Of a stretch of DNA of 64,000 nt, positions 19,180 to 28,825 are shown piece by piece. The stretch covers positions 1-64,000 of IMG/VR virus record IMGVR_UViG_3300021136_000003. One strand, written 5' to 3'. Position 1 is the stretch's first letter. Every line of letters begins with the position of its first letter. The notes beneath the pieces are model-generated. The model had not been told where the DNA came from and ran no database searches. It saw only the letters and a program-made list of their open reading frames with translations. The stretch comes from a virus. Its lineage: Duplodnaviria; Caudoviricetes. The translations under genes were made by a program, and so were the position numbers.

Positions 19180-20499
19180 CTATTTATCGTCACGGAAGCG
19201 AACGAACCGCGGGAAACGCAGCGAGTACGAACCGTCTTCGGCTTGTGTCACAGCATCAGCCATCACCTCAGCAATTTGACCGATGACCTTCGTGCCGTTG
19301 ACCCAATAGTCATCCCGTTGTTCATCGCTCATACCAGAGCCACAGTTCACTCGGATGAACTTGCCATCGTCAGTGCCCTCGCAGACAAGCGCACCAGTGC
19401 GACCCAGATTGCGGCCGGTGCCTTCTTCAATGTCAACCACTTTCAGATCAAAAGTCTTTGTCGGCTTCCACTTCATCCAGAACAGAGTGCGCTTACATTC
19501 GTAAGGCGCATCATAATCCTTGATCATAATGCCTTCGAACTTTGCTTTGATCATGTCCTGAGCATATCGATCCATTTGATTGCGACCTGCAGCGGTGTCA
19601 AGATCAACGTCGAGGTGTGTAAGATATTCAACATTCGCCAGTTGATCAATGACGAAACGCAGCTTCTCCAGAAGAGCCAAACGCCTTGTCAGCTTCGCAT
19701 TCCAATGGCCTTCTTCAAACTCTGCCAGAGGGATAATGTCAAACACATTGAACACGGCATCCAGTGCATCAGCCTTCGTTTTACGACGAGCTTGTTTCAT
19801 CAGTTCTTGGAACGATGCGCTTGTCACTTCGCCGTCGAGAACGAACCCATCTTTCAATTCACTCATTGCCAGAAAGAAGCGGGCCTGTGCTGCGATTTGT
19901 TCTTCAATGTGACCGAAGTTTTCGTAAATCTTGCCGTTGCGACTAAACGCAATTGTCACTCCTTGAGCAGTGCAGACCAGCAACATTCGGACACCGTCAA
20001 GCTTTGGTTCCAGACGTTTCTTGCCCTTCATTTCAGGGCGTCCCTCGCTATTCGTGGCAAGCTGACAGGTGAACTTGGGAATCTGATAGACTGTCTTTTT
20101 ACAGACTTTGTTGATTGTTGTCTCGCTGAATCCAGCGCGAAGATCACGCCGCAGAACAGCGGCGCAGAATGTGTCCCATTCATCAGTGGTGAATCGCTTG
20201 CTCATGGCGATAATTTGATCACGCGCAGCATGACCTGAATACTTACGAGTGGAAAGATCCTCAAGCAGAGTGTTGAACTCTTGCCAAGGATTTTCTGCGG
20301 TGAGAATGTTGCCCGGAGAATGTGGAATCTGACGCACACCGAATGTCACATAAGGATTGTAACAGGCTTTCGCCAGACCCAAAAACATCTGTGCGTTGAT
20401 GCTGCCAAGAACGGCTGCTGCCAGGGCTTGCTTAACAACCTCCTCTTTATGGAGTTTGCTGTTCGATTCGTTTGCTTTATGAATCCAAGATGCGGTCAT
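19180..20499 (-). CDS. lig: ATP-dependent DNA ligase
   Basis: EPKLDGVR, SRNGK, LDGE, FDI, EGIMIK, WMKWK, SLRFPRF.RFRDDK. Confidence 0.95.
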   Translation of the reverse strand: MTASWIHKANESNSKLHKEEVVKQALAAAVLGSINAQMFLGLAKACYNPYVTFGVRQIPHSPGNILTAENPWQEFNTLLEDLSTRKYSGHAARDQIIAMSKRFTTDEWDTFCAAVLRRDLRAGFSETTINKVCKKTVYQIPKFTCQLATNSEGRPEMKGKKRLEPKLDGVRMLLVCTAQGVTIAFSRNGKIYENFGHIEEQIAAQARFFLAMSELKDGFVLDGEVTSASFQELMKQARRKTKADALDAVFNVFDIIPLAEFEEGHWNAKLTRRLALLEKLRFVIDQLANVEYLTHLDVDLDTAAGRNQMDRYAQDMIKAKFEGIMIKDYDAPYECKRTLFWMKWKPTKTFDLKVVDIEEGTGRNLGRTGALVCEGTDDGKFIRVNCGSGMSDEQRDDYWVNGTKVIGQIAEVMADAVTQAEDGSYSLRFPRFVRFRDDK

Positions 20500-20546
20500 T
20501 TATTTCTTTCAGTAATTAGTTATTTTAACACAGGTCTGAATAGTAA

Positions 20547-20891
20547 TCAAGCCTTAAGGGTTTTGATAATGTATTCTTTTTCCTTTTTGTCAGAGAACTG
20601 GGTCCGACGCTTTTCAACATCACGACACCAATTTTCAACAGCTTCATAACTGCCCCAGGATCCGTGTGGAGCCGAGTGTTGAATCCAATTTGCGATTCCC
20701 TGCATCCCCGGACCGTTTGCCTGATCACCGCTTGATGCAGCCCTGAATAGATCACCTGCTAACATCGCAGACATAAAGCCACCCGGGTGGTAACCAAACA
20801 TCAAATAGTTTTCAATGGATTCTTGGGCGTGTTCTGGAACGTGGTCTCGGCTGTATTCATAATCAGTGTCGAAGTCGATAAACTTACTCAT
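20547..20891 (-). CDS. Hypothetical phage protein
   Basis: ORF overlapping upstream gene by 4 nt. Confidence 0.7.
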   Translation of the reverse strand: MSKFIDFDTDYEYSRDHVPEHAQESIENYLMFGYHPGGFMSAMLAGDLFRAASSGDQANGPGMQGIANWIQHSAPHGSWGSYEAVENWCRDVEKRRTQFSDKKEKEYIIKTLKA

Positions 20892-21133
20892 GTCAATAAT
20901 ACTTCCATCATATATTCTTTGCTGCTGATACATGGTCGCTTAGGTTCCGTAAACCCGTATTTCATGGTAGTCTGCGTCGATTGACGATTTGCCGCTTGAG
21001 CGCAAGGAAAGCAAACCCAACGACCTTCGGTCGTGTTGAAGTGAGTTGCCTTGGGCTTTAGTTTGCTGTACGAGCACCGAAGTGTGGTACACACTTCCTC
21101 ATACTTGCCAGCACCCGATGAGTGATGATACAT
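20888..21133 (-). CDS. Small Cys-rich (zinc-finger-like) protein
   Basis: C-x4-C and CxxC. Confidence 0.6.
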   Translation of the reverse strand: MYHHSSGAGKYEEVCTTLRCSYSKLKPKATHFNTTEGRWVCFPCAQAANRQSTQTTMKYGFTEPKRPCISSKEYMMEVLLT

Positions 21134-21762
21134 CAGACCACCTTCACACGGTTGAGTTGCGTTTGATTGTCGCGGTGTGCTTTCACAGTGCCGAGAATGT
21201 CAACAGTGACATTATCAGCAGGCTTGTTTTTCATGGAGAAGAACAGGGCTTGATCGTCCGCGGTAATCGCAGTCACATAATAGACTGACCATTGCTGCGA
21301 GTAGAAGGAGCGAAGCACCTCGACTGTCAGCTTGACCTTGTCACCGATTTGACCGATGAATCCACCTGCGGCGAACTTCACGCGATTGTCAACGGTGTCA
21401 CGTGCCTTGCCGCGCAGAAAGCTTGACGGGAAACTGCACACCACTGCCAATTCATAGTTGGTGCTAAGTTCCTCACGATGGCTCAGGGACATAGCGTTAC
21501 TGTCAAATTCAGACAGAACCTTGCCGGACAGAACCTTGAAAGTCAGTGCTTGAAAGTAGCGACGAACCTCACGACCTTGTTCCAGATCGGCTTCGTCAAG
21601 TGGCGCACTGTCAGGAGACAGGAGTTGCGTCATCAGTTGACGATTGCTGGTCTTTGTCTCCGGAGTACGCACATCGGGCCACTGAACGCCTTTGACGTAT
21701 TCGCCATTGATACGTTGAGCAGCACAAGCAGCACCAAAAACCAGTTCAGCAGGGTAGTTCAT
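21133..21762 (-). CDS. Hypothetical protein with C-terminal OB-fold-like region
   Basis: G.IGDKV...GTVKAH..QTQLNRVK. Confidence 0.6.
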   Translation of the reverse strand: MNYPAELVFGAACAAQRINGEYVKGVQWPDVRTPETKTSNRQLMTQLLSPDSAPLDEADLEQGREVRRYFQALTFKVLSGKVLSEFDSNAMSLSHREELSTNYELAVVCSFPSSFLRGKARDTVDNRVKFAAGGFIGQIGDKVKLTVEVLRSFYSQQWSVYYVTAITADDQALFFSMKNKPADNVTVDILGTVKAHRDNQTQLNRVKVV

Positions 21763-21791
21763 TCTTTATCCGTTTTGCGAGTTTATAGTGT

Positions 21792-21820
21792 ATTATATAC
21801 CCAAACCGATTTAATGTCAA
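21792..21820 (-). promoter_or_regulatory. Sigma70-type promoter
   Basis: TTGACA-17-TATAAT; near-identical to 22036-22064. Confidence 0.85.
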
Positions 21821-22029
21821 CCGACAAATAAACCAACCGCGTAGATGCCCAGAAGTACCCCATTAACAGCGACCAGATTCCACTCCTTAATCCGGAGCGC
21901 CCAGATCAAATAGAGAGCAGCACCCAGATTCAGGAACCAGATATTCATCGGATCAATCCGGAAACTGGTGAACAAAGCACCGGCGATAACAGACACCATT
22001 CCAGTCCATTTGAGTAATTTATTCAGCAT
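21817..22029 (-). CDS. Small membrane protein, apparently leaderless
   Basis: Three hydrophobic segments; ATG 6 nt after TATAAT. Confidence 0.7.
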   Translation of the reverse strand: MLNKLLKWTGMVSVIAGALFTSFRIDPMNIWFLNLGAALYLIWALRIKEWNLVAVNGVLLGIYAVGLFVG

Positions 22030-22035
22030 ACAAGT

Positions 22036-22064
22036 ATTATATACCCAAAGCGATTTAATGTCAA
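22036..22064 (-). promoter_or_regulatory. Sigma70-type promoter
   Basis: TTGACA-17-TATAAT. Confidence 0.85.
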
Positions 22065-22381
22065 CCTTTGGGTTTGGTCGGCGCCTTGACGAGTCCAAGA
22101 ACCTTTCGTTCCTCGACAGTCAGACGTTCCCACGCAGCCATTTTGATCTGGTAGATGCGTTTCTTTTCTTCGAGGAGGTAGATTGCCTTTTGAGCAGTGG
22201 TGATCATCTTGTCCCACCATTTGGAAACAACATCGTCGCGCAACAGCAGAAAGTCGGCTCGTCCTGCTTTGACCAATTCAATCATCACTGTCTTGGCGAT
22301 CTTGTTGTCCACTGCGCCATATCCGTATGTGTTCTCACCCATTGAATGGGTCTCAATGTATTTTAGGATTTCTGGGTTCAT
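22061..22381 (-). CDS. Hypothetical phage protein
   Basis: ORF; loosely similar to 22378-22716 (WW...L..EE C-terminus). Confidence 0.7.
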   Translation of the reverse strand: MNPEILKYIETHSMGENTYGYGAVDNKIAKTVMIELVKAGRADFLLLRDDVVSKWWDKMITTAQKAIYLLEEKKRIYQIKMAAWERLTVEERKVLGLVKAPTKPKG

Positions 22382-22716
22382 TTTTTGTTCCCGTTCTTGT
22401 GAAGACCAAACGCAGCGAGTTCCTCGTCAGTGAGTTTAGACGCGGCATCCTTTTTCGCTTTCGCCAGCGCCAACTTCTTTTCTTTGTCTTTTACGATCTT
22501 TAGAGCCTCTTTTGCGTCAGCCTTTTTGTGTTCCTCCCACCAATCAGCGACTTCCTTATCCTTAAGGAGTTCGGCAATCGGCATACCTGCTTCGTATGCT
22601 TTCATCACTGTACTAGCAATCCGGGCCAGACGATCTGCCTGACGTTTGAGAAGCATAGAAACGTCGGACGTTATTCTACCTGCGTAGTCATCGCTTTCAT
22701 AATCTCTACAGGGCAT
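22378..22716 (-). CDS. Hypothetical phage protein
   Basis: AAGGAG RBS before MPCRDY. Confidence 0.7.
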   Translation of the reverse strand: MPCRDYESDDYAGRITSDVSMLLKRQADRLARIASTVMKAYEAGMPIAELLKDKEVADWWEEHKKADAKEALKIVKDKEKKLALAKAKKDAASKLTDEELAAFGLHKNGNKK

Positions 22717-22727
22717 ATCAGGACTCC

Positions 22728-22994
22728 TTAACGACCGCGTTTCAACATCATCCCATGACGAGACAGACGACCAAGAAAGTCGCCACCGTCTGGGCACTTA
22801 CCATCAACCACAGCGTCAACACCCATCTTGCCGACATTCTCGACAGATTCAGATGCCATAGTGACGAAGCGCATTCCGTTGTTTCGCAGTTTATGCGCCA
22901 TAGACAGAGCCTCGTTCATATCCGAGAGCGGAGGGGAGGCGTGTGCCCCGCCGGGAACGTCTGTCCAATAGACGATGTATTCAGTTTTGTTCAT
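22728..22994 (-). CDS. Hypothetical protein, apparently leaderless
   Basis: ATG 6 nt after TATAAT of promoter 23001-23029. Confidence 0.7.
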   Translation of the reverse strand: MNKTEYIVYWTDVPGGAHASPPLSDMNEALSMAHKLRNNGMRFVTMASESVENVGKMGVDAVVDGKCPDGGDFLGRLSRHGMMLKRGR

Positions 22995-23000
22995 ACAAGT

Positions 23001-23029
23001 ATTATATACCCATATGGATTAAATGTCAA
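23001..23029 (-). promoter_or_regulatory. Sigma70-type promoter
   Basis: TTGACA-17-TATAAT. Confidence 0.85.
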
Positions 23030-23048
23030 CCGAAGAGAGGGACAAGTA

Positions 23049-23453
23049 TTATTGCGGTAAAGGTCGGACCCAGCATACCGTTTCTGTGCTGGCCTTATCC
23101 GGATGCAGTTCATACTTGCCTGAGAGGTTGTCAAGGTCGCCGGACCATACTTTCAAGATGGCATAACCAAGCTTACGAGGTGATTCGGGAGTTTCTGGAA
23201 TTGGCTCATGCTGAACCGCCATCATCAGTTGATATTCACCTTGGTGAGAGGCAGTTTCCTTGATAAGCCTTTCCAGTCTATCTTCGTGATCAGCGTCAGT
23301 CATCAGCCGCAACCGTTCAGGGGAGCCAGGCTCCTGGGCATAGAATTTAGCATTGTCAATCCATTCTTGACGAGTTTTGCCACCCATAGAGAATTCACCT
23401 GTATGCGGAACCAGGCTTAATGCGGTTATTTGTTTAAGTAGTGTTTGTTTCAT
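23049..23453 (-). CDS. Hypothetical phage protein
   Basis: 134-aa ORF. Confidence 0.6.
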   Translation of the reverse strand: MKQTLLKQITALSLVPHTGEFSMGGKTRQEWIDNAKFYAQEPGSPERLRLMTDADHEDRLERLIKETASHQGEYQLMMAVQHEPIPETPESPRKLGYAILKVWSGDLDNLSGKYELHPDKASTETVCWVRPLPQ

Positions 23454-23503
23454 TTTTTAAGTATATCAGCAATATAAGTCGGAGTCAATCTCTTTGGTTA
23501 ATG

Positions 23504-24982
23504 TCAACTAAAAAGAGGATTGGATATCGGTTCTTTAACGGGTTTTGTCTTTTTAACTTTAGGTACTTTGGGCGAGCCAAGACCAGTGAACCCTTGAGCC
23601 TGCCAGGCTAGTTCCTTATCGTCTATTACTTTAATGATCCGGTCCGACTGGTCATTATTATATCGATACTTGGTCCAATCTTGGTAGGTAATTTCATTTT
23701 TTATGAATTTTAAAAAATCAGACCATATTATGTTGTGTTTTAAACTACGAACATCAAGCCCGGTAAATTCGGACAACCGATCTAACATTTCTTCCACGTT
23801 ATCCTTCATATATTCGCAGATATATAGCTGATGTTGTAATATGTGGGCCCAGTCGTTCCGGCCGCAGTCCCTCATTTTACGCAATATAGACAATACTAAC
23901 TGGCCGTTTCCGGCCGCCGGCTCTAAAATTTTCATTGAAGGATCTGTGAAAATTTTAATATCCATTCTATCGATAAGTCTATCTGCTAATTCATCGCAAG
24001 TAAATATCTCAGCAGTTTGCCTGACTCTAGATTTGGACCTATCAGTTATCGTAACTAGAGTTTGTATGGTTTTTTTAGATTTTTTATTTGCCTTAAAATT
24101 TACCACATATGCGATCTCCTCGGCGGTCAATGAGAAATATTTAAAAATTTCGCTGTCAGTCATCCTTGTAAGTGGAATCACCGGTAAATTTTTAAAAACT
24201 AATTCATTACCGAACCCTGACCACTTCGCAGTATCAAAAATATACTTTATCAAAATTGAATTTAGATTGTGTGAAAGTGCCAAGCCTGATTGGTCGTCCG
24301 GTACCGACACATAATAACCCATATCAGTTGTACCATATACACCGTCATCATAGAAGGGTTTTGTATAGCCACTCCTGGTCCACATTACTTTTTTATCTCC
24401 GGCAAATGATTGTCTAATGCTGCTATACCAAATTTGGGGATTTGTATGGAAAATAGGAAATTGGTGCGCCGATGTCATAGTGCGCGAAATAGTAGAGTTA
24501 GCGTCCTTTAAAAGGACATTATGGCAGGTCACATAGTCGAACTTTACATTAAGTTTTGAGATATTAGGATTAAACATTACCTTTTTGTGTATGCTGGCAG
24601 CGATTGCACAAAAATCTGACGGCAGATAATAAATCGATTTATCTAGAAATAGCGAAGATAAACTTCCATCGCGCTCAATGAACGTGGTATTGATTCCGGA
24701 TTTTCCTTTTTTAATTACATAATCTGCAAACGTGCTATTAACGTTAAAAAACTTTTCCGTATCCAGTCCCAAATATTTTGTGTCATTATTTAATAGATAT
24801 GGCAATATTTTAGAGCTAGGGCTTAAAAAGCTATTGGGACTGATCTGACCCATTTCGCCGCCGACCTTTAACACCCGAAATATTTCGTGAGTAAAATCAA
24901 TCCACAATTTGTGAGGAGTTTTCTTTCTGTTTGTAATATCCTCAAAAGGAGGATTGGATATGCTTGCGTCGAACTCTATCAT
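23504..24982 (-). CDS. Amino (N6-adenine) DNA methyltransferase, circularly permuted motif order
   Basis: NPPF (motif IV) at residue 10; AEIFT and ILEPAAGNG (motifs X/I) in the last third; AT-rich. Confidence 0.8.
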   Translation of the reverse strand: MIEFDASISNPPFEDITNRKKTPHKLWIDFTHEIFRVLKVGGEMGQISPNSFLSPSSKILPYLLNNDTKYLGLDTEKFFNVNSTFADYVIKKGKSGINTTFIERDGSLSSLFLDKSIYYLPSDFCAIAASIHKKVMFNPNISKLNVKFDYVTCHNVLLKDANSTISRTMTSAHQFPIFHTNPQIWYSSIRQSFAGDKKVMWTRSGYTKPFYDDGVYGTTDMGYYVSVPDDQSGLALSHNLNSILIKYIFDTAKWSGFGNELVFKNLPVIPLTRMTDSEIFKYFSLTAEEIAYVVNFKANKKSKKTIQTLVTITDRSKSRVRQTAEIFTCDELADRLIDRMDIKIFTDPSMKILEPAAGNGQLVLSILRKMRDCGRNDWAHILQHQLYICEYMKDNVEEMLDRLSEFTGLDVRSLKHNIIWSDFLKFIKNEITYQDWTKYRYNNDQSDRIIKVIDDKELAWQAQGFTGLGSPKVPKVKKTKPVKEPISNPLFS

Positions 24983-26109
24983 TATTTAATTGCCTCTTTC
25001 AGGTATACATATGTGTTGATAGATGTATTTAGTTCTTTACATTTCTTGGGTCGCCGCTGATTATGCTGCACTATCATTTTATCTTTAGATTTATATTCCG
25101 GTGCGCCATCATGCCAGGCTCCGTTTTTATTTAAAGTGAATGGCACCATTACTTTTAAAATAATCCCTTCATCCTCAGCAGTCATACAAATACTTTTACC
25201 AGATGCTGAGAATTTAACCTGCATATTATCATTTTGTAATCGTTCGACCAGTTTTTTAAATTTCAAGTTTGTTATGCTATCAACAACCTGATCAGGGAAT
25301 AAACATAGCAATTCCCCTCCGTCAGAATCCATACCGGTCATTTTTAAAAAACGTTGTTTAATAACACTCGCCGGAAATGAACTCATCGCATCAATAGTGA
25401 GGGCAATCTGGTTATTACCATGGCTCTCGCAATCAGTTTTCCATTGATTTTCCACATCATCGGTGAACCACTCGGCGTAAGGTCCGACGGTGTATTTGAT
25501 TTTTACATCATCATTTATTTGTTTCGCCGATACAAACGCATTGACTAATTTAGTTTCGGAAATATTTTTATCTTTTGCCCACTCAGTGATGAACCTAATG
25601 CACTGGTCAGCTTTTTTAGTGCTGAATACCGTGCTGTTATATTCGCATTTACTGATGCTATGACTATCAAAGAGTAGATTTAATAAAAACGTTGTAAATG
25701 TGCCGGAACACACCTGTATATTTGCAAAGTCCTTGGAATAATTTTTCAACGAAATTTCTTTTTTACTGCCACCTGATAGTAAGAGTTCTATATCGCCCTT
25801 TTTTCGAGCAGCCCTACCCGCGACGGTCATATCGTATAAATCGAACGTTTGACCTGGATACTCCCTTGACCAACCCTCAATGATTGACTTGGCGTGTTTT
25901 TCCAGATTATTGTAATAAGGGCCGCTTTCCTTAAAGGTCTCGAAAGATGCAGGAATATTATTTAAATAGCGCAGAAAATCACTTTTTAAGATATTCGAAC
26001 GTCCTGTAGTTGTTGCTACATTTAGCTTTTCTGCTTCTTCCTGAAACCGATATGTTGCATATAGTTCGGCCGCAATTTGCGCCTTTTTTTGATTTAATTC
26101 TTTAGCCAT
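24982..26109 (-). CDS. Putative restriction endonuclease (PD-(D/E)xK)
   Basis: KGDIEL...EISLKNY; coupled to MTase by TAATG overlap; AT-rich; start revised to MAKELN. Confidence 0.55.
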   Translation of the reverse strand: MAKELNQKKAQIAAELYATYRFQEEAEKLNVATTTGRSNILKSDFLRYLNNIPASFETFKESGPYYNNLEKHAKSIIEGWSREYPGQTFDLYDMTVAGRAARKKGDIELLLSGGSKKEISLKNYSKDFANIQVCSGTFTTFLLNLLFDSHSISKCEYNSTVFSTKKADQCIRFITEWAKDKNISETKLVNAFVSAKQINDDVKIKYTVGPYAEWFTDDVENQWKTDCESHGNNQIALTIDAMSSFPASVIKQRFLKMTGMDSDGGELLCLFPDQVVDSITNLKFKKLVERLQNDNMQVKFSASGKSICMTAEDEGIILKVMVPFTLNKNGAWHDGAPEYKSKDKMIVQHNQRRPKKCKELNTSINTYVYLKEAIK

Positions 26110-26142
26110 TACGCGCTTTTTAATGAGGTTAATAATTTGGTT

Positions 26143-26171
26143 AGTATAACACAATACGGATTTATTGTCAA
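26143..26171 (-). promoter_or_regulatory. Sigma70-type promoter
   Basis: TTGACA-17-TATACT. Confidence 0.75.
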
Positions 26172-26177
26172 ATCCGA

Positions 26178-26348
26178 TTAGGCATCGTAATCGGCGCCGT
26201 CCATCTGGTCGTCCCAGAATTCCTGTGCTTCGGCTTCGTTGTCGAATGTTTCCAGAACGTTCATTCCGCCCAGAGGGTACGGGAACCAAACGAGCCATTC
26301 GTCACGATCCTCGTCGTAAGTACAAAATAGTTCAACTGGTTCGCTCAT
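26178..26348 (-). CDS. Small acidic protein (not in ORF track)
   Basis: 56 aa MSEPVELFCTYDED..., ATGA overlap with upstream gene. Confidence 0.6.
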   Translation of the reverse strand: MSEPVELFCTYDEDRDEWLVWFPYPLGGMNVLETFDNEAEAQEFWDDQMDGADYDA

Positions 26349-26692
26349 ACAGCCACCTTTGCCAGTTTTTCCCGGAGCGACTTGATATGGTCTTTGGCTT
26401 CGTGCAGCGCGTCTCCGATGCAGTCTTCCGCTGTGCCGTCAGTGAGTACCTCTTCGGCGTCCTCGTAGAGACAGCCGCCGAGATAGTGACTGCCCATTTC
26501 GTGACCGTCGAACATCACGCGCACTCGGAGCATGAACCAATCGTACTTGCACGATTCAATATCCGCGTACAGTTGTTTTTGGTCGTCAAAACATTCAGAA
26601 AGTTGGTACCACGGGTCACTGTCCTCGTAGGTCTTGTCAACGATGACCTGAAAGCCATCGCGCTCATATTGGGCAAGTTTTTCGTAATACAT
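26345..26692 (-). CDS. Hypothetical acidic phage protein
   Basis: AAAGGA RBS; promoter at 26719-26747. Confidence 0.75.
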   Translation of the reverse strand: MYYEKLAQYERDGFQVIVDKTYEDSDPWYQLSECFDDQKQLYADIESCKYDWFMLRVRVMFDGHEMGSHYLGGCLYEDAEEVLTDGTAEDCIGDALHEAKDHIKSLREKLAKVAV

Positions 26693-26718
26693 CCGAGTCC
26701 TTTTCGATTCAATACAGT

Positions 26719-26747
26719 ATTATAACACAATGACGATTTAATGTCAA
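26719..26747 (-). promoter_or_regulatory. Sigma70-type promoter
   Basis: TTGACA-17-TATAAT. Confidence 0.85.
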
Positions 26748-26801
26748 CCGTAGGAAATCCGTCAAAAGACGGATTCGAATCCCCGATTAAGGGGCTTTTG
26801 T

Positions 26802-27062
26802 TTACTTCTTGGAAGTCGATTGATTTACAAAAGCGTACATCTTTTCCGCAGTCTCAAGAATCTTTTCCAGACCTGGAAACTCGGGCATTGCTACAGTGGT
26901 AACAAGCTGTCCGTTTTTGTCTTTGGCAGCAGTCAATTCCCATCCTGCAAACTTTGCTTCAAAGTCTTTGGTAACGAGGCTCTTTGCCATGTCGAGGATT
27001 TCAGTGCGGATTTCGTATCCGTTTCGGTTGAATTTTACTTCTGGTAGTTTTGGTGTGTTCAT
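26802..27062 (-). CDS. Hypothetical phage protein
   Basis: CACACAGGA leader; followed by hairpins at about 26756-26798. Confidence 0.75.
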   Translation of the reverse strand: MNTPKLPEVKFNRNGYEIRTEILDMAKSLVTKDFEAKFAGWELTAAKDKNGQLVTTVAMPEFPGLEKILETAEKMYAFVNQSTSKK

Positions 27063-27088
27063 AATTTTCCTGTGTGTGAATTGTACAT

Positions 27089-27667
27089 TTATTTCAAAAT
27101 GTTATCAAGCGTTTTGGACGCTAATGTCCAGGGCAGTTTTGCTCGTTTGCCCATGTAATCAAATGCCCCTAGGTTCTGTGACAGACTTTCATTAAAGTAA
27201 GTGTCGATACCAGGGGAGTCTAACTCAATGTCACCTAGTGTTTCGCCGTCTTCGGTGTGAATGTGTATCCCGTTCTTGATGCACAGACGCTTGATTGCTT
27301 TGTTATGAGCCAAGCAAACCATGCATCCTTTCAGAATCTTTCTGGTGCGACAATACTGAATACATCTTTTCATCAACTTGTTTCCGAGACCACGATGCTG
27401 ATATTCCTTCAGCACAGAGAACGCCAGTTCCATTTCATCACCTTTGGCAACATGGCCAATTGCAATGAAGTTTAACTCGTAATCCTCGATACAGAATAGA
27501 ACATGCTGCTTCGGGTTCTTTTCAAAACCTTCACATAGTCTAAGCAAAGTTTCATCTTTGACGTTGAAGCCGAATCGGAGATACCGGCTGTCTTCGTCAA
27601 GTGCAAGCAAGTGCTTGGTATACTTGGGATACTCGTTGGGCAGAACCCGACGAACTACGAATGTCAT
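27089..27667 (-). CDS. GNAT acetyltransferase
   Basis: SRYLRF, ELAFSV..EYQHRGLG..LM, N.AI..L. Confidence 0.85.
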   Translation of the reverse strand: MTFVVRRVLPNEYPKYTKHLLALDEDSRYLRFGFNVKDETLLRLCEGFEKNPKQHVLFCIEDYELNFIAIGHVAKGDEMELAFSVLKEYQHRGLGNKLMKRCIQYCRTRKILKGCMVCLAHNKAIKRLCIKNGIHIHTEDGETLGDIELDSPGIDTYFNESLSQNLGAFDYMGKRAKLPWTLASKTLDNILK

Positions 27668-27888
27668 AACTGTGTAGGTTTGTACGTGCTAGGATTAACA
27701 AGTACCTCGGAGAATGAAGTGAGAGTGTCGATTGACAACGCCATTGCTGCTTTTGTATATTCAGCTTGGGTGTCAACAAATGTGTTCATAATCGTAGCGA
27801 TTGGTTCATTCTTGACGAATGTTGATACGAATTTCTTTTTGCCTTCTTGAACTTGGTCAATGGCGATGTTTGCGAATGTTTTAATCAT
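27664..27888 (-). CDS. Small amphipathic helical protein, phasin-like
   Basis: Start revised to MIKTFAN after CACACAGGA; amphipathic helix pattern. Confidence 0.45.
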   Translation of the reverse strand: MIKTFANIAIDQVQEGKKKFVSTFVKNEPIATIMNTFVDTQAEYTKAAMALSIDTLTSFSEVLVNPSTYKPTQL

Positions 27889-27976
27889 AAATTTTCCTGT
27901 GTGTGTGATTTGAGGGTTTTGCAGTTCCCTCAACTGTTGTATATTTATCGCGACCGAAATCGGATAATAGTATACT

Positions 27977-28315
27977 TTACTGTCCGCCAGGTGTCGGGCA
28001 ACCGTCAGCCTTTGGATTTGCTTTGCAAGCAGCCAAGAAAGCAGCAAGTTCAGCACTGACTTCGGCGCGAGTTTTCGCAGTTCCGACAACCGGAAGCTTG
28101 TCGGCCGCATCGCTGCACCCCATAAGCTTAGGATCGGCCTTGCAAACAGCCTTGAACGCTGCAAGTTCGGCTAACACTTCGGCACGGGTTTTTGCAGGCC
28201 CATACGCGGTCACCGCTGGTACATCAGCTTCATTTTTTACGCCGGTGTTGTTGGCTTTATCGCCACATGCCGATAAAGCAACGATTGCTGCCACTACTAA
28301 TAGTAATTTTTTCAT
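27977..28315 (-). CDS. Lipoprotein with two KTRAEV.AEL repeats (DUF4148-like)
   Basis: MKKLLLVVAAIVALSAC lipobox; two internal repeats, each with a Cys pair. Confidence 0.75.
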   Translation of the reverse strand: MKKLLLVVAAIVALSACGDKANNTGVKNEADVPAVTAYGPAKTRAEVLAELAAFKAVCKADPKLMGCSDAADKLPVVGTAKTRAEVSAELAAFLAACKANPKADGCPTPGGQ

Positions 28316-28516
28316 ATATTTTCCTTTATTAATGCAGGGTGTCCTGCTAAATGTATTTATCCCCATACTTCCGAATACTTATTTAAAGCGGCTAATCTAG
28401 CCATTTTCAATCGCATCTGTACGTAAGGAGATAATTGATGTTCTAGCTTGGGACGATTATATCCAACGTGAAAATCTGTGTCAACATCGTCAAATACATC
28501 GTCATCTGCCTCGAAA

Positions 28517-28735
28517 TTACTTTGCCGGTGTTGCGACCGGAGCAGCAGGCGCTGCGACCTTGACATCAGCACTTTTGACAGGCTTAACTGCCTTAGCCTT
28601 CTTAGCAGCGGGAGCAGCTTCTGCCTTAGCAGGTGCAGCAACTACAGCAGCGGGTGCTGCAACTGGCTTAACTGTGTCGGCTGCGAAAGCGGAGACCATG
28701 CCGAGAGCGGCGATTAAAGAGAGAACTAGTTTCAT
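28517..28735 (-). CDS. Secreted Ala/Lys/Pro-rich low-complexity protein
   Basis: Signal peptide ending AFA; AAGGA RBS. Confidence 0.7.
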   Translation of the reverse strand: MKLVLSLIAALGMVSAFAADTVKPVAAPAAVVAAPAKAEAAPAAKKAKAVKPVKSADVKVAAPAAPVATPAK

Positions 28736-28825
28736 TTGTGTTTCCTTATAAGTAAAAATGAATGACTTTTTAATGTCATATACTAATAACGCCGTAGCCA
28801 GTGTTTCCGTTGACATGTTTCGGGA

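Noticed and set aside
19132-20238. 368-aa plus-strand ORF
   Set aside because: Antisense shadow of the DNA ligase gene with no motifs or RBS; the same applies to most plus-strand ORFs in the track.
21792-23029. Dispersed 30-bp repeats as mobile-element ends
   Set aside because: Explained as sigma70 promoters (TTGACA-17-TATAAT) on the minus strand.
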